From Acidimicrobiales bacterium (GTDB lineage: Bacteria; Actinomycetota; Acidimicrobiia; Acidimicrobiales; Ilumatobacteraceae), in assembly GCA_046081125.1 (NCBI GenBank), contig JBJTVH010000040.1, forward strand, positions 109 through 64,108: a stretch of DNA of 64,000 nt. The letters run 5' to 3'. This document shows positions 34,253 through 42,359 of this stretch, one piece after another; positions within the stretch are counted from its first letter, which is position 1, and each line of letters starts with the position of its first letter. Position numbers and translations under genes: made by a program. The notes beneath the pieces are model-generated. The model did not search any database, was not told where the DNA came from, and worked only from the letters and a program-made list of their open reading frames with translations.

Positions 34253-36601
34253 TCAGGTCTTGACGGTGGTGGCCACGACGATCTTGCTGATGTCGACCGG
34301 GTTCTTCAGCACGATGTCCGGCGTGATGAAGATCGACTTGCAGCTGATCCCGACCGCGGAGTCCCGGGCCACCTCGGTGACCACCGTCGTAGTCGGCCCG
34401 CCACCGGTCGAGCCGGACGTGGTCGGCGTGGGCGTCTGGGAGGTCACGGTGTCGGTGTCCTTGCACCACGACGAGACGGTCGCCTTCAGGTTGACCGCCG
34501 TGAGCGCGGCCTTGGCCTGCGCGATCGTTTTCCCGACCAGGTTCGGTACCGGCACCGGAGGACCGCTGGAGACGGTCACCTCAATCGCCGAGCCCTCCGA
34601 CTGGGATGTCCCCGCACCGGGCGACACCGATACGACGCGCCCTGCTGCGACCGTCTTGCTCGGTTCCTTCTTCGTCGTCACGGACAAACCGACCGCTTGG
34701 ATGGCCGCCGTGGCCTCGGCCTCGGTCTTGTTCGCCACGGCCGGCACGGCCACCTTCTTCGTGCCGATCCCGACCACCAACTGCAGCGTGGTGCCGAGAG
34801 GAGCCCTGGTGGACTTGGCCGGGAGGCCGGTGGCGACGACGTCGACGACCTTGCCGAGCTTGGCGTTGTCCCCGGTCACGTCGACGGTCTTGGTGCTCGA
34901 CAACACGGCGAACCCTGCCGCTTTCAGGTCCGCCGTCGCTGCGTCGGGCGCGGCGCCGATGACCGATGGGATGTCCTTGAGCGGCGGGCCGGACGACAAC
35001 ACCAGCGTCACCGCCTTGTTCTTCTCGAAGTCGGTCCCGGCAGCCGGGATCGTCTGCGCCACCGAGTTGGCGGCGAACTCGGTGCTCTGCACCTTCGACG
35101 GCGCGACCTCGACCTTCTGGAACCCCTGCTGGGTGAGGAAGGCCGACGCCTCCTCGGGCTTCATGCCCAGCAGATAGGGCATCGGCAGCTTGCCGGGCGC
35201 CACCGACATGACCAGCTTCACCGTCGCGCCCTTGGCCACGGACTGTCCGGCCGCCGGCGATACCTCGACCACCCGGTCGGGCACGGCGGCCTCCACGGTG
35301 CGAACGTCCTTCTCGGCCACGAGACCCTTGCTGGCCAGAGTCGCCTGCGCATTCGCGAAATCGAGGCCCTCGAGGGCGGGGACCACGACGGCGACCGTCC
35401 CCGCACCGAGGAACACCTTCACCGTCGAGTCCGGCTTCACCTTCTCCGCTGCGGCCGGCTCCTGGCGCACCACCCGCCCCTCGGGTTGATCCGGGACGCG
35501 GTCGGCAGCGGCCTCGACCCGGAGCTTCAGCGCGGTCAGCTGTCCCTGGGCCTGGTCGAGGGTGAGCCCGCTGAGATTCGGCACGGCGACGGGCTCGCTG
35601 GCATCGCTCTTGCTCAGCTGGCGCAGCAGCAGTGGGACACCGAGCGCAAGCAGGATGGCCAGCACGGCGGCGGCGACCGGCAGCAGCCACTTGGGCAGCC
35701 GGGCGATCTGGGTGTACGTGCCCTGGGTGTGCGCCTGGGGCTTGCCGTCGACCTCGACGGAGAACGTGTGACGCTTCGGCTGGCCGATCCAGAGACGTCG
35801 TCGCGGTAACGCCTGCAGCGGCACGGTCAGGTCGGCGCCGGGCGCGAGCTCGACCGTCGGCGGGAGACCGAAGCGCACCTGCTCGGATCGATCCGTGGCC
35901 GAGATCGCCACGTTCCTGGCGACGTTGCCGCGGTTGGCGAGGAGCAGACGATGCTCACCGAGCTTCTTGCCCTCGGACTCCGGCGGGGTCAGCTGGGCGA
36001 CGAGATCGTCGAAACGCCCGACCTCGAGTGCACCGGACTGCGTGGCGCGCACCGAGGCGTCGAGGCTGGAGGACGCAACCACGTTGAACGTCCGTCGTCC
36101 CGGAGCCGTCGAGGGCAACCGAGGCGGTGCGACGCGGACGTGGACCTCGGCGTCGTCGTCGACGTAGAGGTTGAGCGCCGGCGGCTCGATCGTCACCCAG
36201 TCCGCCGGCAGATCCGGCACGGTGACCGACACGTTGTCGACGATCGTGCCGGTGTTGCGCACCCGGAGCGTGGCCAGCACCACCGAACCCGGCTGCACCA
36301 CGAGCTCGCTCGGGGTGAGCACGGTGGTGATCCCGCCGCGGTCCCGAGGCACCGTCGGCGTCGGGCCGGTGACGGGCGGAGGCGGCGGGGGCGGCACGAC
36401 GCTCGTGGGCCGAGTGATCGGTGGCGGCGGCGGGATCGACGGCCCGCCGAGCGGGGGCATGGCCGGCAGGGGAGCCGTCGGCGGAACCTGTGGGTTGACC
36501 GCGGTGGGCGCCGACGACCAATCGAGGTAGGCGTTGCACGACGGGTTGCGGCAGAACACCATGCCCGGCTCGTTGGCCTGACCGCACCGTTCGCAGTTCA
36601 T
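34253..36601 (-). CDS. bitopic membrane protein: N-terminal zinc ribbon, Pro-rich linker, beta-sandwich-like cytoplasmic domains, TM, about six extracellular PASTA repeats
   Basis: ATG 36601 is preceded by GAGGAG. MNCERCGQANEPGMVFCRNPSCNAYL is a zinc ribbon. TM segment WLLPVAAAVLAILLALGVPLLL. The ectodomain has repeats of the PASTA pattern (VPNLSGLTLDQAQGQLTALKL..., VPALEGLDFANAQATLASKGL..., VPNLVGKTIAQAKAALTAVNL...). The ORF-track extension to 37339 is antisense to the prsW-like gene. Confidence 0.8.
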   Translation of the reverse strand: MNCERCGQANEPGMVFCRNPSCNAYLDWSSAPTAVNPQVPPTAPLPAMPPLGGPSIPPPPPITRPTSVVPPPPPPPVTGPTPTVPRDRGGITTVLTPSELVVQPGSVVLATLRVRNTGTIVDNVSVTVPDLPADWVTIEPPALNLYVDDDAEVHVRVAPPRLPSTAPGRRTFNVVASSSLDASVRATQSGALEVGRFDDLVAQLTPPESEGKKLGEHRLLLANRGNVARNVAISATDRSEQVRFGLPPTVELAPGADLTVPLQALPRRRLWIGQPKRHTFSVEVDGKPQAHTQGTYTQIARLPKWLLPVAAAVLAILLALGVPLLLRQLSKSDASEPVAVPNLSGLTLDQAQGQLTALKLRVEAAADRVPDQPEGRVVRQEPAAAEKVKPDSTVKVFLGAGTVAVVVPALEGLDFANAQATLASKGLVAEKDVRTVEAAVPDRVVEVSPAAGQSVAKGATVKLVMSVAPGKLPMPYLLGMKPEEASAFLTQQGFQKVEVAPSKVQSTEFAANSVAQTIPAAGTDFEKNKAVTLVLSSGPPLKDIPSVIGAAPDAATADLKAAGFAVLSSTKTVDVTGDNAKLGKVVDVVATGLPAKSTRAPLGTTLQLVVGIGTKKVAVPAVANKTEAEATAAIQAVGLSVTTKKEPSKTVAAGRVVSVSPGAGTSQSEGSAIEVTVSSGPPVPVPNLVGKTIAQAKAALTAVNLKATVSSWCKDTDTVTSQTPTPTTSGSTGGGPTTTVVTEVARDSAVGISCKSIFITPDIVLKNPVDISKIVVATTVKT

Positions 36602-36665
36602 CGTCGCTCCTCGACCGCTTCTGGTTCGGCATCGTAGAGAGTGCCACGACCCTACGATCAGCGCG

Positions 36666-37823
36666 GTGAGCACCCCGTTGCCGCCCCCGGTGCCGAGCGG
36701 AACACCTGCCGGGTGGTACCCCGACCCGTGGCACCAAGCGGCATGGCGGTGGTGGGACGGTCGATCGTGGACCCCCCACGTCGGCGGTGGACCGGGGCCG
36801 GGTGGTCCTGCAACCCCCCGGCGACCCCGGCTGCCGGCGTGGCTGAGCCCGCCGGTGCTCGTCGCCGCCGTCCTCGCCATCCCCCTGCAGGTGCTCGCCC
36901 TGATCCTGGCGCCCGTGGCGACGCTGCTCGCCGTCGTGCCGTTGGCCGTCGTGTTGCCGACCCTCACCTGGCTCGACCGGGTCGAACCCGAGCCACGTGG
37001 AGCGCGGATCCACGCGTTGCTGTGGGGCGCGACCGTCGCCGTCGTGATCTCGGCGATCGTCAACAGCCTCGTCGCAGTCGGGGCCGGCGAGGACGTGGCG
37101 GCCGTCGCCTCGGCGCCGCTGGTGGAGGAGTTCACCAAAGGTCTCGGGGTCTGGTGGGCGGTCCGCCGGCGCGAGCTCGACGGCGTCGTCGATGGCCTCG
37201 TGTACGCCGGCTGGGTAGCCGCAGGATTCGCGGCGGCCGAGAACGTGCAGTACTTCGTGATGGCCGCCGGGGACGGCTCGCTCGTCGCCACGTTCGTCCT
37301 GCGCGGCATCGCGACCCCCTTCGCCCATCCGTTGTTCACGGCATGGATCGGGGTGGCGATCGGGCTGGCCGTCTCGCGTGGGCGGCCCCGGCTGGCCGCC
37401 GCCGTCCCCGGCTACCTCGCCGCCGTTGCGCTGCATGCGGCCTGGAACGGCTCACTGGTCGCGTCGAGCAACGGAGCCGGGCTGCTGCTGTTCGCCATCG
37501 CCGTGTTCGTTGCGATCTTCGTGACGACGGTGCTGATGGTGATCTGGCTGCGCCAGCGGGAGCGGCGGCGGATCCTGGCCACGATCCCGGCCCTCGCCGG
37601 CCGGTATGGGATCCCGGTCGAGCAGCACGCCGTCCTCGCCGACTGGTCGACACGCCATCGCGTGCGCCGACAGCTCGCCAGGGCCGACCGACGCCGGTTC
37701 GACGACCTCTACGCCACGCTCGCCCGGCTGGTGATGCTGCAGGACCGACCAGGCGGCATCGACCCGGTGACCGAGGCTCGGCTCCTCGAACGTCTCCGCT
37801 CCGGAGGACCCAAGCCGGGCTGA
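36666..37823 (+). CDS. PrsW-family intramembrane metalloprotease with N-terminal DUF2510-like segment
   Basis: GTG 36666. GWYPDPW...RWWDGRSWT N-segment. Multi-pass membrane protein with PrsW motifs PLVEEFTKGLG, FAHPLFT, ALHAAWNG. Confidence 0.85.
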   Translation: MSTPLPPPVPSGTPAGWYPDPWHQAAWRWWDGRSWTPHVGGGPGPGGPATPRRPRLPAWLSPPVLVAAVLAIPLQVLALILAPVATLLAVVPLAVVLPTLTWLDRVEPEPRGARIHALLWGATVAVVISAIVNSLVAVGAGEDVAAVASAPLVEEFTKGLGVWWAVRRRELDGVVDGLVYAGWVAAGFAAAENVQYFVMAAGDGSLVATFVLRGIATPFAHPLFTAWIGVAIGLAVSRGRPRLAAAVPGYLAAVALHAAWNGSLVASSNGAGLLLFAIAVFVAIFVTTVLMVIWLRQRERRRILATIPALAGRYGIPVEQHAVLADWSTRHRVRRQLARADRRRFDDLYATLARLVMLQDRPGGIDPVTEARLLERLRSGGPKPG

Positions 37824-38040
37824 GGTGGCGGTGCTGGTCGTGGCTGCAGACCACGGCGGTGCGCGATGGACGACGTGCACGACCTTGGAGGCCTGCACGG
37901 CGCTCGGTATCCCGGCGTCGTGCCTTGAACCAAGGTGACCTTGCGAGAAGTCGGTTACGACGAGCGACCGCACGCCGGATCCGACCGATGCCCTGCCGAC
38001 GGCGGGTACCCTGGCCACCCAATCCGTAGGCTTCGCGTTC

Positions 38041-38059
38041 GGTGGAGACGAAGGGACTC
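38041..38059 (+). repeat. att repeat, distal copy (GGTGGAGACGAAGGGACTC)
   Basis: Matches 43773..43791 (GGTGGAGACGATGGGACTC) at 18 of 19 positions. That copy is the acceptor/T-arm 3' part of tRNA-Ala. Confidence 0.75.
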
Positions 38060-38108
38060 CAGTGGCACGGACGTTCGCCCAGCTCAGAGCTTGTTTCTAC
38101 GCTCTGGA

Positions 38109-38131
38109 GGGAGCAACCCGGGGAGCAACGG
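38109..38131 (+). repeat. GGGAGCAAC x2 array (23-bp perfect copy of 43632..43654)
   Basis: GGGAGCAACCCGGGGAGCAACGG occurs identically near both island ends and in the same orientation. Confidence 0.8.
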
Positions 38132-38158
38132 AGGGCTTAGTCGCCGGTCGATCTCGAC

Positions 38159-38410
38159 GTGCTCGGTAGCCTTCCGGGCGTGTCTCGTCTCGACCGGATC
38201 ACGGTGGACCCAGCGATCTGCCACGGAAAGCCGACAGTGCGCGGACTGCGCTACCCGGTGGAGATGATCCTCGAGCTACTGGCCTCAGGAATGACCGTCG
38301 ATGAGTTGCTCGCCGACTACGTCGACTTGGAGGCCGATGACGTGCTTGCAGCGCTCGAGTTCGGCGCGTTGGCAGCCGGGAGTCGACTTCGTCCCCTCGG
38401 GGCAGCGTGA
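38159..38410 (+). CDS. DUF433-family antitoxin-like protein
   Basis: 83 aa. ITVDPAICHGKPTVRGLRYPVEMILELLASGMTVDELLADY..LEADDVLAAL is the DUF433 pattern. It overlaps the next gene (GTGA). Confidence 0.8.
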   Translation: MLGSLPGVSRLDRITVDPAICHGKPTVRGLRYPVEMILELLASGMTVDELLADYVDLEADDVLAALEFGALAAGSRLRPLGAA

Positions 38411-38766
38411 GGTTTCTGGTCGACGCACAGCTTCCGGCCCGTCTCGCTCGGTTGCTGACGTCCCTCGGCCACGATGCGGTCCATACCTCTCAACTGCCTG
38501 ATGGAAATCGGACGCCTGACGGGCGTGTCGCGGCCATCGCCGACGCAGAACAGCGGGTACTGGTGACGAAGGATGGCGACTTCCGGGACTCGCATCTGCT
38601 CCGCAGGTCTCCTGAGCGCCTGCTCATCGTCGGAACGGGGAACATCAGCAACGATGAACTCCTCGACCTCGTGGAAGCGAACGTCGACGACATCGTGGGT
38701 TCCTTGACTGGTTCGTCGGTCGTCGAGCTGCGCCGCAACGCACTGGTCGTGCGCGGCGAAGACTGA
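38407..38766 (+). CDS. DUF5615 (PIN-like / Mut7-C-like) toxin-like protein
   Basis: 119 aa. MRFLVDAQLPARLARLL..LGHDAVH... and VLVTKDGDF are typical of DUF5615 partners of DUF433. Confidence 0.8.
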   Translation: MRFLVDAQLPARLARLLTSLGHDAVHTSQLPDGNRTPDGRVAAIADAEQRVLVTKDGDFRDSHLLRRSPERLLIVGTGNISNDELLDLVEANVDDIVGSLTGSSVVELRRNALVVRGED

Positions 38767-39078
38767 AGTCCCGAGAGGCCGCACCGTGTCCCCAGAGCGT
38801 GCCCGAGGTTGATCGTCGCCAGCCCGGCAGTTGGCCGGAGCTGGTCCCCGATGACCGGTCCGAGGTGCATCACCGCTTTGGTGCACATGTGTGCGGTTTG
38901 CGGTCTCGCTCGGCCCTCCGCGGTTCGATCTTGCATCGGAAGCGGTCGCGTCAGATGCGGGGCTCGTGGCCGGCTACGTCGAGGCTGGCGCGCGTATGAC
39001 GGGCGGACTGTTGAGGAGTTTCAAGGTTCGACGGGCCGTCGCTGCTGCGTTTGGCGATTCTTCGGCTCCGTATCAGGC

Positions 39079-39327
39079 ATGAACACCACCATGTCCTTCG
39101 ACGGACCCTCGACGACGGCCACTGACACAAGTGGATGGCGTTGCGTCACGATCGCTGAGGCCGCCAGCTTCCTTGCGATCTCGCGGAGCACCGTCTACGT
39201 ATTGCTCGACAGCGGCGCACTGCGCTCAGTCCACGTGGGTCGCGCTCGGCGCGTACCGATTGTGGAACTCGAGCGCTTCGTCCGCGAGCGCCTTGCAGCC
39301 ACCGACGGTGCAAGTTCGTGCAGGTGA
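39079..39327 (+). CDS. excisionase-family HTH DNA-binding protein (Xis-like)
   Basis: ATG 39079. VTIAEAASFLAISRSTVYVLLDSGALRSVHVGRARRVPIVELERFV matches the MerR-like excisionase DNA-binding domain. Confidence 0.7.
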   Translation: MNTTMSFDGPSTTATDTSGWRCVTIAEAASFLAISRSTVYVLLDSGALRSVHVGRARRVPIVELERFVRERLAATDGASSCR

Positions 39328-39755
39328 ACAAGCATGTGGTCGCGGTCGATAGGCAAGCATCCCGGCGTCTCGGTCAGGAGCGGTCCGCCGACCTGGCCGA
39401 CGGCACAGGGAACGGAGGTTCTCCGGATTACAAGCGCTGCCTCCTCCAGGTTCGCGCTCGCACTGCTTGCACCCTCGGGAGGTGGCTAGGTCCGCACGTG
39501 CTCAGGGAACCACACACCCCACTTCGCATGATATGTGGGTGATGTGGGGCTCGTTCTGTGATGCTGGTTCGATGGTCGGGACTGGTCGGTTATGAGGTGG
39601 GTGCCGTGCGTGGTGCGCTCGGTGTCGCCGTCTGGCGACGGTTCGTGGCCGGTCGGGGACTGCCATCGGCATCCGAACCACTCATCGGGGGACTTCGTGT
39701 CTCGTTGGTGTCCAGGCCTGTGTGGCCGAGGTGAGCTGGGGCGCCTTCGCGTGGC

Positions 39756-40409
39756 TCAGTTCGCGGTCGGTGAATTCCGGTCGTGGCCGCGTCGGCGACG
39801 GTGGCGAACGGCGAGGCCCATGAGCGCTGTTGGGATCCCCCATCCGGCGATGGCGAGCGAGTTCGTTTCGCCGGTGATCGCGAGGAACGGCATCATGACG
39901 GCGAAGAAGTACACGCCCATTGAGACGCTTGCTGCGCTGAGTTGCCGGTCGGCGTGCCGGGCGAGGGTGCCGTAGGCGATGCTCGACACTGCGGTGAGGA
40001 GGGCGGCGATCGGCAGGAGCGTCTCGTTCTCGGTCCCGGCGACGAGTCCGCTGACTTCGGCGGTGGCGAACAGCATGCGTGCAGTGAGGGCCGTGACGAG
40101 CGCGGTTGTTGCTGCGCGGCTCGACTCGTGTGGCCGCAGGCGAAGCAGCCCGAGGAGGCCGGCTACGACGAGCAGGTCGGCTGCCAGCCATGTGATGGCA
40201 CTGGCCCGGAACCGCCAACCCGCTTGGGCGTACAGCAGCCCGGCCGAGACCCAGAGCGCACCGCCGGCGATCCAGGCGGCCGCTGTGTACTTGTGGGTGG
40301 GTGAGCCTTCGGCATGGGGTCGCCGGATCGCGCTCGGACGTCGCGTGCCAGCGAGCTCACCAGTGTCGGCGTGCGTGTGGGACGTGGTGTTGGAAGGCAT
40401 GCATGTCAT
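39756..40409 (-). CDS. hypothetical multi-pass membrane protein
   Basis: 217 aa with about six hydrophobic segments. No family recognised; the start is uncertain. Confidence 0.5.
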   Translation of the reverse strand: MTCMPSNTTSHTHADTGELAGTRRPSAIRRPHAEGSPTHKYTAAAWIAGGALWVSAGLLYAQAGWRFRASAITWLAADLLVVAGLLGLLRLRPHESSRAATTALVTALTARMLFATAEVSGLVAGTENETLLPIAALLTAVSSIAYGTLARHADRQLSAASVSMGVYFFAVMMPFLAITGETNSLAIAGWGIPTALMGLAVRHRRRRGHDRNSPTAN

Positions 40410-40912
40410 TGTCGGGCTCGGTGTGTCCCGCCGTCGCGGGCCATGTTCCCGACGAGTCGGGAACGTTGGTGGTGACGATCGGGATCACACGTCGGCCATG
40501 ATCTGGGGCGTGCGCTTGAGGAGTCGGCCGGCGATCGGTGCCGGGATCATCGCCGTGGTGATCGTCGCCGCGACCGTGGTGGGCCTCGTTCGCCTTGATG
40601 TCGTCGCTGGCGCCGAGGTGCCCACGTCGCAGCTGCCGCTCTTTCAGGTGGCGCTCGCCGTCGCGTGGTGGGTGCCTGGGGCTGCGCTTGCGTGGTGGCG
40701 TCCGACGCTTCCCTTTGCATGGCTGGCATTGGGTGCCGGTTCGAGACGCCCGACGGCGTCAAGCTGCTCAGCGTCACACCGCAACCCACGGACCACACCT
40801 GCGACCGTCCCCGCTGAGCACTGCGAGCAGCACTCATCCCAGCGTTCGGGTGAGGTCTCATGGATGCCGCGCGACTGTCCACTCAACAAGCCGCTGGGGA
40901 GTTCGGCGGGCC

Positions 40913-41425
40913 TCAAGCGTGTCGTGGTTGCCCGCCGGTTGATGCGTCACGCAGTGCGGCCACGGCGGCTTCTGGTTCGGGCACCGTGATGGTGATGATG
41001 CGTTGGTTGTGGAGCGTGAGTCGCACGGTCGGTCCGCTGCGGACGGTGCAGTTCGTTCGCTTGGGTGTCCACCAGAATCCGTAGGAGACTCGCCACCATG
41101 GCAGGGTGATCACTTCCGCGTGGTCGATCTCGTTGATGCGGTAGGTGCTTCGGGGCCATCCGACCTGCCCCCAGTGGATGGTGAGGCCGTTAGGCCCGGC
41201 GGTGGCACGCACGCTGGATGCCGTCAGGACGTTGGCGAGCACGCCGATGGCGACGAGGATCAGCGGCACCACGAACATGGGGTCGCCCCACGCGCCGTCG
41301 GATTCCTTGCCCATGACCACGACGACGAGCGCGCCGACGCATGTCGCGGCGACCATCGGCCAGCTGGTGCTGCGGCCGGTGTACACGGTGTGTCGGCTCG
41401 GACCGGTGACGGGTGGTGAGGTCAT
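40913..41425 (-). CDS. membrane protein with C-terminal bacterial-PH-like region
   Basis: 170 aa with two TM segments, then GLTIHWGQVGWPRSTYRINEIDHAEV...VRLTLHNQRIITITV. Its start overlaps the GntR stop (ATGA). Confidence 0.6.
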   Translation of the reverse strand: MTSPPVTGPSRHTVYTGRSTSWPMVAATCVGALVVVVMGKESDGAWGDPMFVVPLILVAIGVLANVLTASSVRATAGPNGLTIHWGQVGWPRSTYRINEIDHAEVITLPWWRVSYGFWWTPKRTNCTVRSGPTVRLTLHNQRIITITVPEPEAAVAALRDASTGGQPRHA

Positions 41426-41769
41426 GTCAGCTCCTTGATGATGCGGATCAAATCGTTCTTCCCGAGACCGTGCTCGTTGGCGGTGGCGATCAACTTCTGG
41501 GCTGCCTCGGTCACCGACGACAGTGCCGGGCCCGCGGACGCGACGCGTGCTCCGCGTCCGCGTCGGAACTCGAGCACTCCGTCATCGCGGAGCTGTCGGT
41601 AAGCGGCGAGCACGGTGTTGCGATCGACGGACAACGCCGTGCCGAGTTCAGCAGCGGGCGGTAATTGCTCACCGACGGTCAGCTCTCCGGACGCCACCCC
41701 GCGGCGGACGCAATTTGTGATCTGGTCCTGGAGACGCTCTCGGGATGTGTGATCGATCGCCCAACGCAT
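41422..41769 (-). CDS. GntR-family (YtrA-like, short) transcriptional regulator
   Basis: 115 aa. Winged HTH LPPAAELGTALSVDRNTVLAAYRQLRDDGVLEFRRGRGARV. Confidence 0.85.
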   Translation of the reverse strand: MRWAIDHTSRERLQDQITNCVRRGVASGELTVGEQLPPAAELGTALSVDRNTVLAAYRQLRDDGVLEFRRGRGARVASAGPALSSVTEAAQKLIATANEHGLGKNDLIRIIKELT

Positions 41770-41790
41770 GGTACTAATATTATTAGTACC
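41770..41790. promoter_or_regulatory. AT-rich inverted repeat GGTACTAAT-att-ATTAGTACC (candidate GntR operator)
   Basis: Perfect 9-bp arms with a 3-nt spacer. It starts at the base immediately 5' of the GntR ATG (41769). Confidence 0.6.
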
Positions 41791-42359
41791 ATAACGGGAT
41801 GCAAGTCAAGTGCGCTTCTGCGGTTCCGTTCGCGACCCGTCACCGCGCATCGTCCGGGCGCATCGATTGATCACAGACTCAAACCCGCACACTTCGCCAC
41901 GCAGAATCACGCCCCGTCTACTCATCGGCGCGTGCGATATCGGCCCTTATGGGCTACGGGGACGACGCATGCCGTCGTTTGCAACGTGATGGGACGGGGC
42001 CGCCCGCAGAAGGGCACCCGTTGCGGAGAGCTGGTGTCGGTAAACGCGCCATCGCCTGTCGTAGTTGTGTCGCCAAACGCGCCATCGAGCGATGTGGCGT
42101 GCTGTTCGGTGTCGGCGTGGGTTGCTGGATCGCTGTCGTGTCGATCGCAAGGAGTTCGTCGGTGATCGCCTCATGCTCCGATGGCCGCCTGGGCTGTCGT
42201 CGCCATCACCGATCGAAAGCCATCACCGACAGTCCCTCTGCGCCGTTCGTCATCGTCGTCCCTGTGGCTCTTGGCCTGCGCCCGCATCGGCACGACCGCC
42301 CGGGGTCAGCCGAACGCGTGATGCCTGTATGTGGAATGGTCGACCTGGGTTCGGTGCGG

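Noticed and set aside
36602-37339. N-terminal 246-codon extension of the PASTA-protein ORF (the track start at 37339).
   Set aside because: The extension is antisense to the well-supported PrsW gene and has Arg/Ala/Thr noise composition. ATG 36601, with a GAGGAG Shine-Dalgarno sequence and a zinc-ribbon N-terminus, is the credible start.
40498-40989. A plus-strand ORF inside the island whose first about 80 residues look like TM helices (possibly the N-terminus of a sensor protein).
   Set aside because: After about 80 aa the translation becomes low-quality (Ser/Arg/Pro-rich). It also overlaps the convergent 40913..41425 gene by 77 nt. At best it is a truncated remnant, which is not enough support to call it.
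41800-42359. ORFs 41665..42165, 41947..42174, 41949..42923 and 42065..42535 in the island's GntR-int spacer.
   Set aside because: They overlap each other, have noise-like translations, and partly run antisense to the integrase. I treat the region as non-coding DNA that carries repeat motifs (see finding).
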